From the NCBI GenBank assembly GCA_904420205.1, contig CAJFUN010000023.1:129409-193408 (forward strand): a stretch of 64,000 nt of DNA. The letters are read 5' to 3'. A program made the position numbers and the translations under genes. Below the pieces are notes generated by a model. It saw nothing but the letters and a program-made list of their open reading frames with translations. It did no database searches and had not been told where the DNA came from. Source of the DNA: Candidatus Parachristensenella avicola (GTDB taxonomy: Bacteria; Bacillota; Clostridia; Christensenellales; UMGS416). Below, in pieces: positions 1 through 12,025 of the stretch. The first letter of the stretch is position 1; the number at the start of each line of letters is the position of its first letter.

Positions 1-1347
1 AATCGAAGGTTCGCTGGTCAGCGTATTGACGATAGAATAGATCATCAGCCGCTCTTTGTCGGGGTCCGTGGGATAGTAACTTTCAAAATTGGACGAAAAA
101 TTGACGGTAGCGCATCCTCCCTGTGACTGTACGGAGATAAGATCCTGGGAAGTGATCCCTACAGAGAAGGCATAGGTGAGGGCTGAGTCCTCGCCGGCCA
201 GAGGGCCGCGAATTAATTCATCCACCCGTACGCGTAGCTGGGAGGTGTCGCTCTGATTGGTGGCCCGCTGCACGGCGACCAATTTGCCCGTTTGCTGATG
301 GGGGAAATACAAAGTCGTCATATCAGCCACCGAAGAGAGAAACATTTCTGAGGTCAGCGATTCGCCTGATGGAAAATTGACATCGGGCAGCGAGGTAACA
401 AGCCGGTTATCCACATAAATCAGGACAGAGTCTACATCAGGGAAGTTGCAATAGATGGCCATTGTGATGGCACCGGCAAGCAAATAAGCCTTTTGCCCTG
501 AAAAATTTTCATACTTGGGACTGGAAAACCATACGGAGACAACTTGCTCGCCCTCCTGGGTCATCTCCAGCTGAGGGGATTTGGAAAGCGTAAGCGTGCT
601 GGGGATCGCGCTGACTAGCTCCGGCGCGTCGGCAGGCGCCTGGCGCATACGCTGAATTAAATCGTCTACCAGGTTCCCGCTTCGGGTGACAGGCTCGCCG
701 GCGCTGGCCAACAGATATTCGCCGCTGGCATCGGTATAGAACAGAACCTGACGCTCCGACTGATCGGGGCTGATTTCTCCGGCTTCCATATAGTACTTAT
801 GAAGAATCCACAGCTGCTCCAGATTGGTGTCCAGGCTGGTTAGCGGATTCGTCAGCACGCCGCGGCTGGCCAAGGCCTGGCCGTTGATCCACAAATGAAT
901 ATATTCGACCTTGGAATTTGCAGTCACGGTATTTACCAATGCGGAAACGGAGTTCAGCAGCATTTGCTCATCCATAGCTTCCAGCGCTAGTTGGGAAGTA
1001 ATGTCGATAAGCAGCACGTTTCTGGACTTGGTCATTGACTTAAGCGAAGCGCCGCCGCCGAAGAGCGGCGTTGTGCGCTCATCACCGGTCTCGGAAAGCA
1101 GATTCACAATGGCCGCTTGCAGGAGCAGCTGCCCTTCAGGCACCACCATCTCCCGGCTGCGTTGGATCAGCTGCCGGTTATCGACGCTGGGCAGGTAGGT
1201 GACGATGGTCGTAGTAGCGTGGGTATCAATGCGTTCAGCTGCCGGAAGATTGGCCGAATCACTATTCTCTGGCGGCAGGGGGCTCCGGCTGCAGCCGGCC
1301 AGCAGTATGATCAGGGCAAGGAGGAGGCTTGCCAAGGTTTTTTTCAC
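1..1347 (-). CDS. GerMN-domain lipoprotein (partial, 3' end beyond window)
   Basis: Open minus-strand frame from GTG at 1347 (VKKTLASLLLALIILLAGCSRS, lipobox LAGC) to the window edge. Internal segments such as DLISVQSQGGCATVNFSSNF...MIYSIVNTLT resemble GerMN. The start overlaps the upstream gene's stop (GTGA). Confidence 0.75.
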   Translation of the reverse strand, partial: MKKTLASLLLALIILLAGCSRSPLPPENSDSANLPAAERIDTHATTTIVTYLPSVDNRQLIQRSREMVVPEGQLLLQAAIVNLLSETGDERTTPLFGGGASLKSMTKSRNVLLIDITSQLALEAMDEQMLLNSVSALVNTVTANSKVEYIHLWINGQALASRGVLTNPLTSLDTNLEQLWILHKYYMEAGEISPDQSERQVLFYTDASGEYLLASAGEPVTRSGNLVDDLIQRMRQAPADAPELVSAIPSTLTLSKSPQLEMTQEGEQVVSVWFSSPKYENFSGQKAYLLAGAITMAIYCNFPDVDSVLIYVDNRLVTSLPDVNFPSGESLTSEMFLSSVADMTTLYFPHQQTGKLVAVQRATNQSDTSQLRVRVDELIRGPLAGEDSALTYAFSVGITSQDLISVQSQGGCATVNFSSNFESYYPTDPDKERLMIYSIVNTLTSEPSI

Positions 1348-2354
1348 GAAGCATCCCCCCTTATCATCATTTCCAGCGCGGAATAACTCATGAGCCAACC
1401 GTTATTTTCCCATACAAAGGTCAGCGGGACAGCGGCGAGAGTCTGCGCCTCAGAATCACCGGTGCGCTGTATGGAGAAATCCAGCAATACGGTGCAAAGT
1501 TGCCCGTCGGCCGTAACGGCGGATCCATGGATGGTGGAATCAATGAGCGTAACGTCCAGCTCGGTAAGTTCGGCGATAAGCTGCTGGCGGGTAGGCCGGG
1601 CCTGCGAGCGGTCCGGGACGGACTGCGCCACGAACCGTTCAACCCTGGCCCAGTTTTTATCATGAATCGCTTGCAAAATTAGCTCGGCGGTATGCTCAGC
1701 AGTAAGGACGCGGGAAAGATCCATGCTTAAAGGCTCCATCAGCTGCAGCCCGTCTTCTCCAGAGGAAAAGCCCATTTCGTTACGGGTTGGCCGGCGGGCG
1801 GAGGCATCGGCGCTGTCGGCAATAAGAATCTGAACGGACTTAGCCCGCCCCAAGCTAAGCAGCGTGTTGACCACGGAATAGGCGGCCAGCTGCTGCGTAG
1901 ACTGCACAAGCTGGGTCCAGGTGGCGTCCTCGCGCCATCCTTCGGGCAGGCCGGAGATAGGCTCTAAAAATTCGGCGCTGAAGGTGACGAAATAGCAGCC
2001 GCCCTGCTCAGTGACGGAGATGACTCTAGTGTTGGGATTAATGAGCCCTTTTAACTCCAGGCTGGAGGCGGAAGGACCGCCGATCAAGGCTTTGAGCACC
2101 CCTTCCTCCAGGGAAAGGGAATCGGACACGGTGATGGTTCGGGATTCGCTGCTCAAATAGGGTTCGCTGCCAAACCGGAAATATAGAGGAACTGTGGCCT
2201 TGCTTTCGCCCTGCGCCACAGGGTCCAACGCGGGCTGTGCAGTTTCAGATGGACGGTCAGAGTTGCGGGCGAGCTCGCTGCCAAAGGGCACGGAGCAACC
2301 CGCCAGCATAAACGATAGCGCCAGGGCAGCGGAAATCATGAGTTGTTTTTTCAC
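1344..2354 (-). CDS. GerMN-domain lipoprotein
   Basis: 336 aa, signal peptide with lipobox (LAGCSV); GerMN-like segments LEEGVLKALIGGP...LINPNTRVISVTEQGGCYFVTFSAEF. Confidence 0.8.
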   Translation of the reverse strand: MKKQLMISAALALSFMLAGCSVPFGSELARNSDRPSETAQPALDPVAQGESKATVPLYFRFGSEPYLSSESRTITVSDSLSLEEGVLKALIGGPSASSLELKGLINPNTRVISVTEQGGCYFVTFSAEFLEPISGLPEGWREDATWTQLVQSTQQLAAYSVVNTLLSLGRAKSVQILIADSADASARRPTRNEMGFSSGEDGLQLMEPLSMDLSRVLTAEHTAELILQAIHDKNWARVERFVAQSVPDRSQARPTRQQLIAELTELDVTLIDSTIHGSAVTADGQLCTVLLDFSIQRTGDSEAQTLAAVPLTFVWENNGWLMSYSALEMMIRGDAS

Positions 2355-2363
2355 GGCGCCCTC

Positions 2364-3831
<1,468 letters not shown>

Positions 3832-3848
<17 letters not shown>

Positions 3849-4515
3849 AGTAGCCCACTCCCCACTTGGTGAAGATATACTCCGGCTGGCCGGGATTCTT
3901 CTCGATCTTTTCCCGCAGGCGGCGGATGTGCACGTCGACCGTACGTAGATCGCCCAGATAATCATATTTCCATACGATCTCCAGCAATTGCTCGCGGCTG
4001 AACACCTTACCCGGGTTGGAAGCGAAAAGCTTCAGCAGGTCGAATTCTTTAGCGGTCAGGTTCACGGCGCGGCCCTCGATGGTTACGGTACGGCTCTCCA
4101 TACGGATACGCATGCCGTGGATGACGATATCGTCGTCGGCGTTCTCCGAGCCATAGGCCCGGCGGATAATGGTCTTAATCCGCGCCTTCACTTCCAGCAC
4201 GTTAAAGGGTTTGGTCATGTAGTCGTCGGCGCCATATTCCAAGCCGAGGATTTTATCCATATCGTCGCCCTTGGCCGTCAGCATGATGATCGGCACGTTG
4301 GAGAATTCACGGATTTGCTGGCACACCTGCATTCCGTCCATTTTCGGCAGCATTACGTCCAGCAAGATCAGGTCGAATTCTCCTTCTTTCGTCTTTGCCA
4401 GGGCTTCCTCGCCGTCATAGGCGGCGTCAATTATATATCCATCCTGCTCCAAGGAAAAGCGCAATCCTTTTACGATTAGAGGCTCGTCGTCCACGATGAG
4501 GATCTTTCGGGCCAT
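3832..4515 (-). CDS. OmpR/PhoB-family response regulator
   Basis: Receiver KILIVDDE...LILLDVMLPKMDG...KPF plus winged-helix DNA-binding domain (LTAKEFDLLKLFASNPGKVFSREQLL...VDVHIRRLREKIE). Confidence 0.93.
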
Positions 4516-4703
4516 AATACCCCTCCTTATACCGCTTGCGGCGTTGTTTGCTACTATTAAACCATATTTTGACCGGAAAAGGAAGGGTTAAGCGCTGAGT
4601 CGCCATCATGGAAATGGAACAATTTGATGCAAAGCCGAAAAAGATATGCTATAATATGGGGGCTTGTAGGAAGAAAAATCCCACCGTTTGGGGAGGAAAT
4701 GGT

Positions 4704-6239
4704 ATGAAAAGGAAGATTGCCGCATTTTTGACGGGGCTGCTGCTGCTGGCGCCGGCTCAGACGGGCAAAGCGCAGCAGCTGGCGACAGAAGCCGACCCGA
4801 CGATCATTCCCGAGCCTGTCTATGCGGTGGATGAAAACGGCGACCTATCCCCGGCAGCAGTGAACGCGGAGACGGCCATCTGCCTGGATGCGGATACGGG
4901 GGACGTGCTTTATGAGAAGCAGGCGGATAAGAAAATGTATCCGGCCAGCATTACCAAGGTAATGACTTGCATGCTGGCGCTAGAATATGTGGAACAATCC
5001 GGCCACGGGATGGATGAGGTGGTTACCGTTGAGCACACCTATCAGCTGGAAAAGGACGCAGTAGAAATCTATATGAAAAAGGGCGAGCAATTTACCATGG
5101 AACAGCTGCTCTATGCGCTGATGCTCAAATCCGCCAACGATGCCGCCCTGCTGCTAGCCGAGCATATCAGCGGCTCGGTGGAGAGCTTTGTGGAGTCGAT
5201 GAATGAAAAGGCTGCCGAGCTGGGCATGACGGGGACGCATTTCGTCAATCCCAACGGCTTACATGACGATGACCACTATACTACGGCCCGGGACATGGCT
5301 GTTTTGATGCGGCAGGCAATACAAAATGAAAACTTTTGCAAGATCCTGCAGACGATGAGCTACCAGATCCCCGAGACGGCGCAAACGCCCGAGATCCGTT
5401 ACCTATCCAACAGCAACCGGCTGATGAAGGAAAGCGAATCCGCCTATTATGAGCCTTGCATGGGGGGGAAAACGGGATACACATCCAAGGCGCGCAATAC
5501 CTTTGTGTGCTATGCCCGCAAAGACGGACGGACCGTAGTGGCGGCGGTGATGCACAGCCCACTGTCGGGTACGCGTTTTGCTTCGGGCAAGAATCTTCTG
5601 CGTTACGGGCTGGAAAACTTTGAATCGGTGGATTTAGCGCAGCTGCTGGCCCAGACCCCCCTTTCGGCCCAGATCACCGGTTCTGAAGAGGCGCCGGACG
5701 GCACGCTGGAGGTGCCGGTAAACCAGGTTCCCCAGGATGAGGCGAAGGTCACGCTGCGCAAGACGGAGACCAACGAAGCGCCCAGCGCCGACGACTATGA
5801 GGCCAAGATCCAGTGGCGGGAAAACCTACGGGCGCCCATCGTATCCGGCGAAGTATTGGGTACAGTTAGCTATTACCGACGGGGCGAGGCGGAGGCGGAA
5901 GCGGCGTTGGTTTGCGACCTGGTTGCCAGCCGCGACGTGACGGCCGCCTTAAATGCGCCCGGCGGGAGCGAGACCGGCGACTCGTCGCTTCCGGTGGTTA
6001 CGGATCCGGCGGCCAACATCCCCGCTCGGCAGAACGCTTCCGTTACAACGTGGATGACGGTAGCGCTGATTGTGCTGATTGCGCTGATTGTAATCGTAGC
6101 TTTTATGCTCCTTCGGGCTGGCGGCGGCCAACGCAGCAGGCATAGCGCCCCGACCCGGCGCAGTGCACCGCGCCGGCGAAGCCCTACCTATGGAAACCGC
6201 GGCCGGTATAATACGCGGAGCCGGGGGCGGCGGCGTTAG
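4704..6239 (+). CDS. Serine-type D-alanyl-D-alanine carboxypeptidase (DacF-like, peptidase S11)
   Basis: Signal peptide; motifs SITKVM (SxxK), SAN, KTG; C-terminal TM and Arg-rich tail. ATG at 4704 preceded by GGAGG. Confidence 0.9.
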   Translation: MKRKIAAFLTGLLLLAPAQTGKAQQLATEADPTIIPEPVYAVDENGDLSPAAVNAETAICLDADTGDVLYEKQADKKMYPASITKVMTCMLALEYVEQSGHGMDEVVTVEHTYQLEKDAVEIYMKKGEQFTMEQLLYALMLKSANDAALLLAEHISGSVESFVESMNEKAAELGMTGTHFVNPNGLHDDDHYTTARDMAVLMRQAIQNENFCKILQTMSYQIPETAQTPEIRYLSNSNRLMKESESAYYEPCMGGKTGYTSKARNTFVCYARKDGRTVVAAVMHSPLSGTRFASGKNLLRYGLENFESVDLAQLLAQTPLSAQITGSEEAPDGTLEVPVNQVPQDEAKVTLRKTETNEAPSADDYEAKIQWRENLRAPIVSGEVLGTVSYYRRGEAEAEAALVCDLVASRDVTAALNAPGGSETGDSSLPVVTDPAANIPARQNASVTTWMTVALIVLIALIVIVAFMLLRAGGGQRSRHSAPTRRSAPRRRSPTYGNRGRYNTRSRGRRR

Positions 6240-6265
6240 CGGGGGTACCCCTTAGCGGAAATAGA

Positions 6266-6293
6266 AAAGGCGGCGGGATTCCCGCCGCCTTTG
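6266..6293. terminator. Bidirectional intrinsic terminator
   Basis: AAAGGCGGCGGGATTCCCGCCGCCTTT between convergent genes. Confidence 0.75.
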
Positions 6294-6336
6294 GTACGCG
6301 AGCGCCAACGATGCGTCCCGTTCAATATCCGCTGCT

Positions 6337-7041
6337 TTAGCTTTGTTTCTTAAGATATTCTTCCAGACACAGCCCCTGGTTGGCCATTGCTTGGGCAGCC
6401 TCCGGCCCGACATACCGCAGATGCCACGGCTCATAAATGATGCCGGTTATGCTGCTTTTTTCCTCCGGATAGCGGATGATGAAGCCATATTGCGCGCCAT
6501 GCTCCGCTACCCACCGGTAAGCGTCGCTCTGGTAGAAGGAATCCAGCGTGCCGTCGGCCCCGGAAAAGTCAAAGGCATATCCGGTATGGTGCTCGCTATA
6601 TCCGGGACGAGCGACCTCCCGGGCTGCAGCGTCTTCCGCGTCGTCTTCGGGCGTGCCGGAGGCGATGACCCGCTGCACTTTGTTCTGATAGAGCCCTTGC
6701 TGGTATTCGATGGAGCGATAGGCGCTGACAAGACGCAGCGGCCCCACCTGATCCTTCGCCATCGCTTCCGCCATCCGGGCAAGGGCTTCGACTGCCTCGC
6801 CTTGGGCCAGCATAGCATCGTTTTTTAGCTTAAGATTCTCGCATTGGATGGAATCTGCGATATTGACTAGACCGGCGGGCGTTCCCTGCGGAAAGGCATT
6901 CCAAGGATTGACCAGCATCAGCTTGTCCACCGCGATCTTTGCCTGCGCTTGATGGCGCTGGCAGCTGCAGAGCGACACCGCTAACAACGCCGCAAGGGCG
7001 AAAGCCGCTATTTTTGTGGGGCGGCTCAGAGCATATCGCAT
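6337..7041 (-). CDS. VanY-like D-alanyl-D-alanine carboxypeptidase (M15B) lipoprotein
   Basis: Lipoprotein signal (VSLCSC), SEHHTGYAFDF and EPWHLRYVG zinc-peptidase motifs. Confidence 0.88.
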   Translation of the reverse strand: MRYALSRPTKIAAFALAALLAVSLCSCQRHQAQAKIAVDKLMLVNPWNAFPQGTPAGLVNIADSIQCENLKLKNDAMLAQGEAVEALARMAEAMAKDQVGPLRLVSAYRSIEYQQGLYQNKVQRVIASGTPEDDAEDAAAREVARPGYSEHHTGYAFDFSGADGTLDSFYQSDAYRWVAEHGAQYGFIIRYPEEKSSITGIIYEPWHLRYVGPEAAQAMANQGLCLEEYLKKQS

Positions 7042-7212
7042 TCGATACTCACCTCAGCATTCAATCATACGCGTATGATGACAGGAAATCCTCCGCAATT
7101 TGTAAAGCAAATGCAAAAGTTAGCGGCAGGCGCCGCCGGAAAAAGGCGCCCAATATGGGCCAAGGGCCTGAATTCGGGATAGGAAGAAGAGCGGCGCGCA
7201 AATACGGCGAAG

Positions 7213-7243
7213 GAAAAGCCGGCCCCATGGGCCGGCTTTTTGG
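7213..7243. terminator. Intrinsic terminator
   Basis: AAAAGCCGGCCCCATGGGCCGGCTTTTT hairpin downstream of the 7275..8099 minus gene. Confidence 0.7.
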
Positions 7244-7274
7244 ATCGGCGGGAGCGGGCGTCTGCCGGGCGCGG

Positions 7275-8099
7275 TTAGATGATGGCGTCGATGTAGGCAA
7301 TGGCGCGCCGGACATCCTCCACCTGACGGGGACCGGAGATTTCCCGCTCGATGACCAGGGGCCCGTTAAAACCTGCCTGCTCCAGCGCATGCAGCAGGGC
7401 GGGAAAATCGACCATCCCCTCGCCAACGGCGGTTTCATTTCCTAAGGACTTCATATCCCCAGTGGGATAGTGGCCGTCCTTAATATGGACGGAGCGTACA
7501 TATTCCCCGAAAATCCCTACCGCATCCACCGGATTTGCCTTGCCATACATCATTAGGTTGGCTGGGTCCAAATTGATGCCGAGATTGGGCGCACCGCTGT
7601 CCAAAATGGCGCGTTTCATAGCTACCGGCGTTTCCTGGCCGGTCTCCAGGTTAAAGCTGATGCCATAGCGGGCGGCATGGGCGGCCAAATCCGCCAAGGT
7701 ATCTACAACGCCCGCATAGGACGGATCCTTGGGAGATTCGGGAATAAATCCAGCATGGGTGCTGATCAGCTTAACCCCGCAGTCGCCTACAAAGTCAAGC
7801 TGGCGCTTCAGCCCTGCCACCCTGGATGCGCGGTAAGCTTCAGGCACAATGCCCAGCGTGGAAGGGCCGTCGATAAAATTCCATACGGCGGGCTCGCCCC
7901 AGCTGAGGATCATGCTAACCATAGGAAGGGACTCGTTGGCTCCGATCAGGGCGCGGCGCTCAGCCTGCGTACCGGCAAGATCGAAGGGGAGGCTGACCTG
8001 GCAAGTATCCAGGCCCATCGCAGCATACTCGGCCCATTTGCCCTCTACCAGCATGGAAAGGGGCATAATCGAGCCCAAAGGCCATTTGCGATTTTTCAT
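7275..8099 (-). CDS. Sugar phosphate isomerase/epimerase (AP endonuclease 2-like TIM barrel)
   Basis: Internal start MKNRKWPLGSIMPLSMLVEGKW; VKLISTHAGFIPE, NLGINLDPANLMMYG, SVHIKDGHY and FNGPLVIEREI motifs. Confidence 0.85.
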   Translation of the reverse strand: MKNRKWPLGSIMPLSMLVEGKWAEYAAMGLDTCQVSLPFDLAGTQAERRALIGANESLPMVSMILSWGEPAVWNFIDGPSTLGIVPEAYRASRVAGLKRQLDFVGDCGVKLISTHAGFIPESPKDPSYAGVVDTLADLAAHAARYGISFNLETGQETPVAMKRAILDSGAPNLGINLDPANLMMYGKANPVDAVGIFGEYVRSVHIKDGHYPTGDMKSLGNETAVGEGMVDFPALLHALEQAGFNGPLVIEREISGPRQVEDVRRAIAYIDAII

Positions 8100-8155
8100 G
8101 AGAACAACTCCTTTTTTGCGGCGGGAATCTTTCGGCCGCGGAATATCTGCGTAGC

Positions 8156-10006
8156 CTATGCCAAGGGGGCGCCGGATACGGTCAGCCCGGAAAGCGCCAT
8201 CATGCCTTGGACAGGCTCCAACCGTACGCCGTGCGGTCCCCAGCTGAGGCCCTCTAGGCGGTAGAAAATCTGCGGCGCCTCCTCCTGGCTTGACTGCTGG
8301 TCTAGGACGGCCATGGTTTGCCCGTCCACGATAACCCGCATGCGGCCAAGGCTGGGCCCCTTGGGCCCCCGTAAAGCGATAGCGTCGCCGATTACGTTGT
8401 ATTTGGCGTAACTTTGGCTGGTCATAAATACGGGCTCCTGGATCTGCCAATCTGCGGCTCGCTGACCTGCGCCAAGCAGCCCTTCCCAGCCGTTAAACGT
8501 AAGGCTATAGCGGCGTGCGGGGCCGTTAAGAACCCAGCGGGATACGCGGATGCGGCTGTGGGGTGCGCACCACAGGCCGATCATACCCGAACCGGCCAGC
8601 GGAGCGCGGAGCAGCGACTCGCCGCCCAGAGACAGGGTAATAAATCCGCCGGTTCGGTCGATCAGCAGGGAACCGCCGGCCCGGTATGACCCGCTGTGCA
8701 GAAGCTGGGGCTGGCCGCTTTCATTAAAGGCCTCCAGGCGCCACTGGCCGCCGCTTAAGGTAAGTCCGTGGCAACAGTTGAGCGCAATGGGATAGGCGTC
8801 GCTGATGTTACGATTCGGCCCTACGATCCCTTTCATATCCAGAATAAAGGTGACCGTCCCCTCCATCTCGAATTCGGCATCCAGACTAAAGTCGTCCCAG
8901 TCGCCGTAAAGCAAGCTCTGGCTAGGCCCTTGGTGGCCGGATAAAGTAAAGCCGTCGGACAGCGGTTGATTCCATGGCCGTTGAGCCAGACAGATGGTGC
9001 CTCGTCCCTGGCTGTTGCGGGAAGGGAACATCGCGTGGAATACGCCGTCGTGGACAAAGCCGTGAAGCGTCTGGCCCCAGATGCCGTAATACTCATGTTC
9101 ATACCGTTCGCTGTGCCAGACTGAGCCGTTGCGCACAAGGCGCCAGGCCTCCGGACGGTGGGCCTGCTCCAAAGGCGCGGCAAAGAGCGCCTGATAATTC
9201 CGGTTTAAGGCGACGCTGGTGGCATGGGCATAGACGACGCCGTCCACCGCCATGGCGGGGTGAAACTCGACCGGCGCAGGATAAAATTCGGGACGGTCGC
9301 AGCTTAGAATATTGACCGGACCCGACCAGGGCCCCTCCGGCCCCGGGGCGGTAAAGGCGGCATAGGCCCAGGCAAAATGCTCGCCCGAGTCGCAGAGCAC
9401 CAGCATCAGCCAGTCCTGGGAGCGCCGGAGCAGCGTGGAGGCGTAGAGCCGGTCCCAGCGTCCCATGGCGTCCCGAAAACGTCGGGTGCTGATCGAGAGG
9501 CCGGGCAGGCGTGTATAGGGCCCTTCAGCAGCCTCCGCGACGGCCACGGCTCCGCCGCCGTCGGCGCTGCTGGTGGGGTCATGGGCGTTTTCCCAGGTAA
9601 AGTCCGGCGCGCTGGTGTCATAAGCCATGTAATATCTTCCCTGCTCCGGGTCGTATTCAATGACGGTATCGGGGCAGGAGGTGGGCTCCACGCCGGGACC
9701 AAAGGGAGACCCGGGGGAAAGCGCAGGGCCCAGGGAGCGGAAGGTTTTGCCTTCATCCTCGGAGAGCAACAGTTCTGCATAGGAGGGGGAACCGGTCACG
9801 GCATAGCCCTCGGCATAATGACCGGCCTGCAGGAGCCATTTCCCGGTGGCCGGGTCGCGGAACAGCGAGCCGTTCACCGTCCATTCAAAGGGAGGCTGGC
9901 TGACGAGCACAGGATCACGGCGATGGACAAAGCTATCAAAAGATGGATCGCCCAACACAGGATGATGCAGCCATGCGTCCACCTGCTCTTTTAAAGCGAA
10001 ATTCAT
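8156..10006 (-). CDS. Glycosyl hydrolase with five-bladed beta-propeller (GH32/GH43-like)
   Basis: GSLFRDPATGKWLLQAG, DTVIEYDPEQGRYYMAYDTS, RPEFYPAPVEFHPAMAVDGVVYAHATS; C-terminal beta-sandwich-like part. Family assignment from motifs only. Confidence 0.65.
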   Translation of the reverse strand: MNFALKEQVDAWLHHPVLGDPSFDSFVHRRDPVLVSQPPFEWTVNGSLFRDPATGKWLLQAGHYAEGYAVTGSPSYAELLLSEDEGKTFRSLGPALSPGSPFGPGVEPTSCPDTVIEYDPEQGRYYMAYDTSAPDFTWENAHDPTSSADGGGAVAVAEAAEGPYTRLPGLSISTRRFRDAMGRWDRLYASTLLRRSQDWLMLVLCDSGEHFAWAYAAFTAPGPEGPWSGPVNILSCDRPEFYPAPVEFHPAMAVDGVVYAHATSVALNRNYQALFAAPLEQAHRPEAWRLVRNGSVWHSERYEHEYYGIWGQTLHGFVHDGVFHAMFPSRNSQGRGTICLAQRPWNQPLSDGFTLSGHQGPSQSLLYGDWDDFSLDAEFEMEGTVTFILDMKGIVGPNRNISDAYPIALNCCHGLTLSGGQWRLEAFNESGQPQLLHSGSYRAGGSLLIDRTGGFITLSLGGESLLRAPLAGSGMIGLWCAPHSRIRVSRWVLNGPARRYSLTFNGWEGLLGAGQRAADWQIQEPVFMTSQSYAKYNVIGDAIALRGPKGPSLGRMRVIVDGQTMAVLDQQSSQEEAPQIFYRLEGLSWGPHGVRLEPVQGMMALSGLTVSGAPLA

Positions 10007-10201
10007 GTTTCCTCCTTCGTAACATGATGATGGTTTCAGCTCATTGTATCATGAAAACGGCGCCTGCGCCTAGCCGCTTTCCGGAACGGGCCAAAAGAGC
10101 AAAATATTATAGGGAAAAGTCATGATCGTCCACATCGCCCTATCGTACCGGTGTGCTATAATCAAACTATTGGAAACCCATGCCAACAAAAGGAGGACAT
10201 C

Positions 10202-10966
10202 ATGGCGACGATCGGACTACAGATGTATTCAATTCGCACGGTGGATGAAGGCGATCTGCTGGGTAAGCTGGGCAAGGTAGCGGCGATGGGCTACGACGGC
10301 GTAGAATTCGCCGGGTTCGAGGGGCTGGACGCCCATACGCTGCGGGCGCGGCTCGATGAAGTGGGGATTGTCTGCCTAGGCAGCCACACCAATATCGACC
10401 TGCTGCGCAACGACCTTGAGGGACAGATTGAATACCATAAGATTCTGGGCGCGCGCTATATCAATTGCCCTGGAGCCCGGCCCGAGAATCTGGAAGGAAC
10501 GGCACAGCAGCAGATTGACGCATGGAAAGCCTTAGCGGCCGAATTCAACGAAATCGGCAAGCGAATTGCCGAGGCAGGCATGGTTTTCTGCTACCATAAC
10601 CACTCCTTTGAGTTCGAGCCGGTGGGCGATACCTGCCCGGAGGAGATCATCTTTGACAACACCGACCCATCCTATGTAAAAGTCGAACTGGATACCTGCT
10701 GGATTGAAAATACCGGCCGCAAATCCGTGGATTTCATGGATCAGTATGCCGACGCCATGGAGCTGCTGCACATTAAGGAACTGACGAGCGTAGGCGATCC
10801 CACAGCAAAGGTGATCGGTCAGGGATGCATCGATTTCCCGACGGTCATTGAGAAGGGATGGCAGGTCGGCGTGAAGGCGCTGATTGTCGAGCATGAGGGA
10901 CTGGAAGGCGATATCATGGGCGACGTGAAGGCGGGCCTTGATTATCTGCGTTCCATCACAGAATAA
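10202..10966 (+). CDS. Sugar phosphate isomerase/epimerase
   Basis: MATIGLQMYSIRTV...YDGVEFAGF...VFCYHNHSFEFEP...VKVELDTCW...LHIKEL. RBS AGGAGG upstream; TATAAT at 10157-10162 excludes the ORF-track start at 10151. Confidence 0.88.
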   Translation: MATIGLQMYSIRTVDEGDLLGKLGKVAAMGYDGVEFAGFEGLDAHTLRARLDEVGIVCLGSHTNIDLLRNDLEGQIEYHKILGARYINCPGARPENLEGTAQQQIDAWKALAAEFNEIGKRIAEAGMVFCYHNHSFEFEPVGDTCPEEIIFDNTDPSYVKVELDTCWIENTGRKSVDFMDQYADAMELLHIKELTSVGDPTAKVIGQGCIDFPTVIEKGWQVGVKALIVEHEGLEGDIMGDVKAGLDYLRSITE

Positions 10967-10978
10967 AAGGAGGAAGAC

Positions 10979-12025
10979 ATGGCTGACAAAATTCGTATCG
11001 GGCTGATCGGCGGCGGCAACATCGCCCAGAACGCCCACATTCCCGCATACCTGAACCAGGACGATGTAGAGCTTGTCGCGATCTGCGACTTTAATCGCGA
11101 GCGCGCCGACGAGGTAAAAGAAAAATACGGCATGAAATATGCCTGCTATGCCATTGACGATATGGCCCAAATCGACGAAGTGGATGCGGTCAGCGTCTGC
11201 ACCTGGAATAACGCGCATGCCGAGGCCGTTATCGCAGCGGCTAAGGCCGGCAAGCATATCCTTTGCGAGAAGCCCATGGCCATGACGGTGGATCAATGCT
11301 TGGAGATGGAAAAAGCGGTTCGGGCCAGCGGCAAGGTATATTTGCAGGGGTTTGTGACCCGCATGGATCCCGAATGCCAAGCCATTAAGGCAGCCATTGA
11401 CGAAGGGGCTATGGGCGATATTTATTATGCCCGCTGCACCTCGATGCGCCGCCGCGGCACGCCGGTGGGCTGGTTCCATAACCGCGCCAAGTCCGGCGGC
11501 GGCCCGGTCATCGATATCGGCGTGCATGTACTGGACATGACCTGGTATCTGATGGGTAAGCCCAAGCCCGTTAGTGTATCGGCCTGCGCCCATTATAACA
11601 AGATCGGCAACTTTAAGACGAAGGGCGTCTCCCGCTGGCTGGCCTTCGATCAGAATGAAACGGTCTTTGACACGGAAGATTCGGCCAACGGCCTCATCCG
11701 CTTTGAGAACGGCGTATCGCTGAATTTCGACGTTTCCTGGGCGATCAACGGCAAGCCGGAAAGCCACAATGCTTGGATCTATGGCGACAAGGCCGGGGTC
11801 AGCGTGCATCCGGCCGTGCTCTACGGGGAGACGGGCGGCTACCAGAGCGACACCGCCCTGACGCTGGAGCGCTATAACGCCTTTGATATGGAGATTCGCC
11901 ATTTCCTGGATTGCATCAAGGGCAAGGAGGAGCCGCTCTCGCCCATTGAGGATGGCATCGCGATTCAGCGTATTCTCAATGGTATCTATGAATCCGCTGA
12001 GGCTGGCAAGGAAATCATGCTGTAG
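10979..12025 (+). CDS. Gfo/Idh/MocA family oxidoreductase
   Basis: Rossmann GLIGGGNIAQNAHIP, CEKPMAM, GGGPVIDIGVHVLD. Confidence 0.93.
   Translation: MADKIRIGLIGGGNIAQNAHIPAYLNQDDVELVAICDFNRERADEVKEKYGMKYACYAIDDMAQIDEVDAVSVCTWNNAHAEAVIAAAKAGKHILCEKPMAMTVDQCLEMEKAVRASGKVYLQGFVTRMDPECQAIKAAIDEGAMGDIYYARCTSMRRRGTPVGWFHNRAKSGGGPVIDIGVHVLDMTWYLMGKPKPVSVSACAHYNKIGNFKTKGVSRWLAFDQNETVFDTEDSANGLIRFENGVSLNFDVSWAINGKPESHNAWIYGDKAGVSVHPAVLYGETGGYQSDTALTLERYNAFDMEIRHFLDCIKGKEEPLSPIEDGIAIQRILNGIYESAEAGKEIML

Noticed and set aside
10151-10201. Upstream ATG extension of the isomerase gene
   Set aside because: Contains the likely -10 TATAAT; the true start at 10202 has a good RBS and homology-like N-terminus.
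10532-11902. 456-aa minus-strand ORF
   Set aside because: Antisense shadow of the well-supported isomerase and Gfo/Idh/MocA genes; His/Gly/Ala-rich low-complexity translation typical of antisense frames in GC-rich DNA, no domain.
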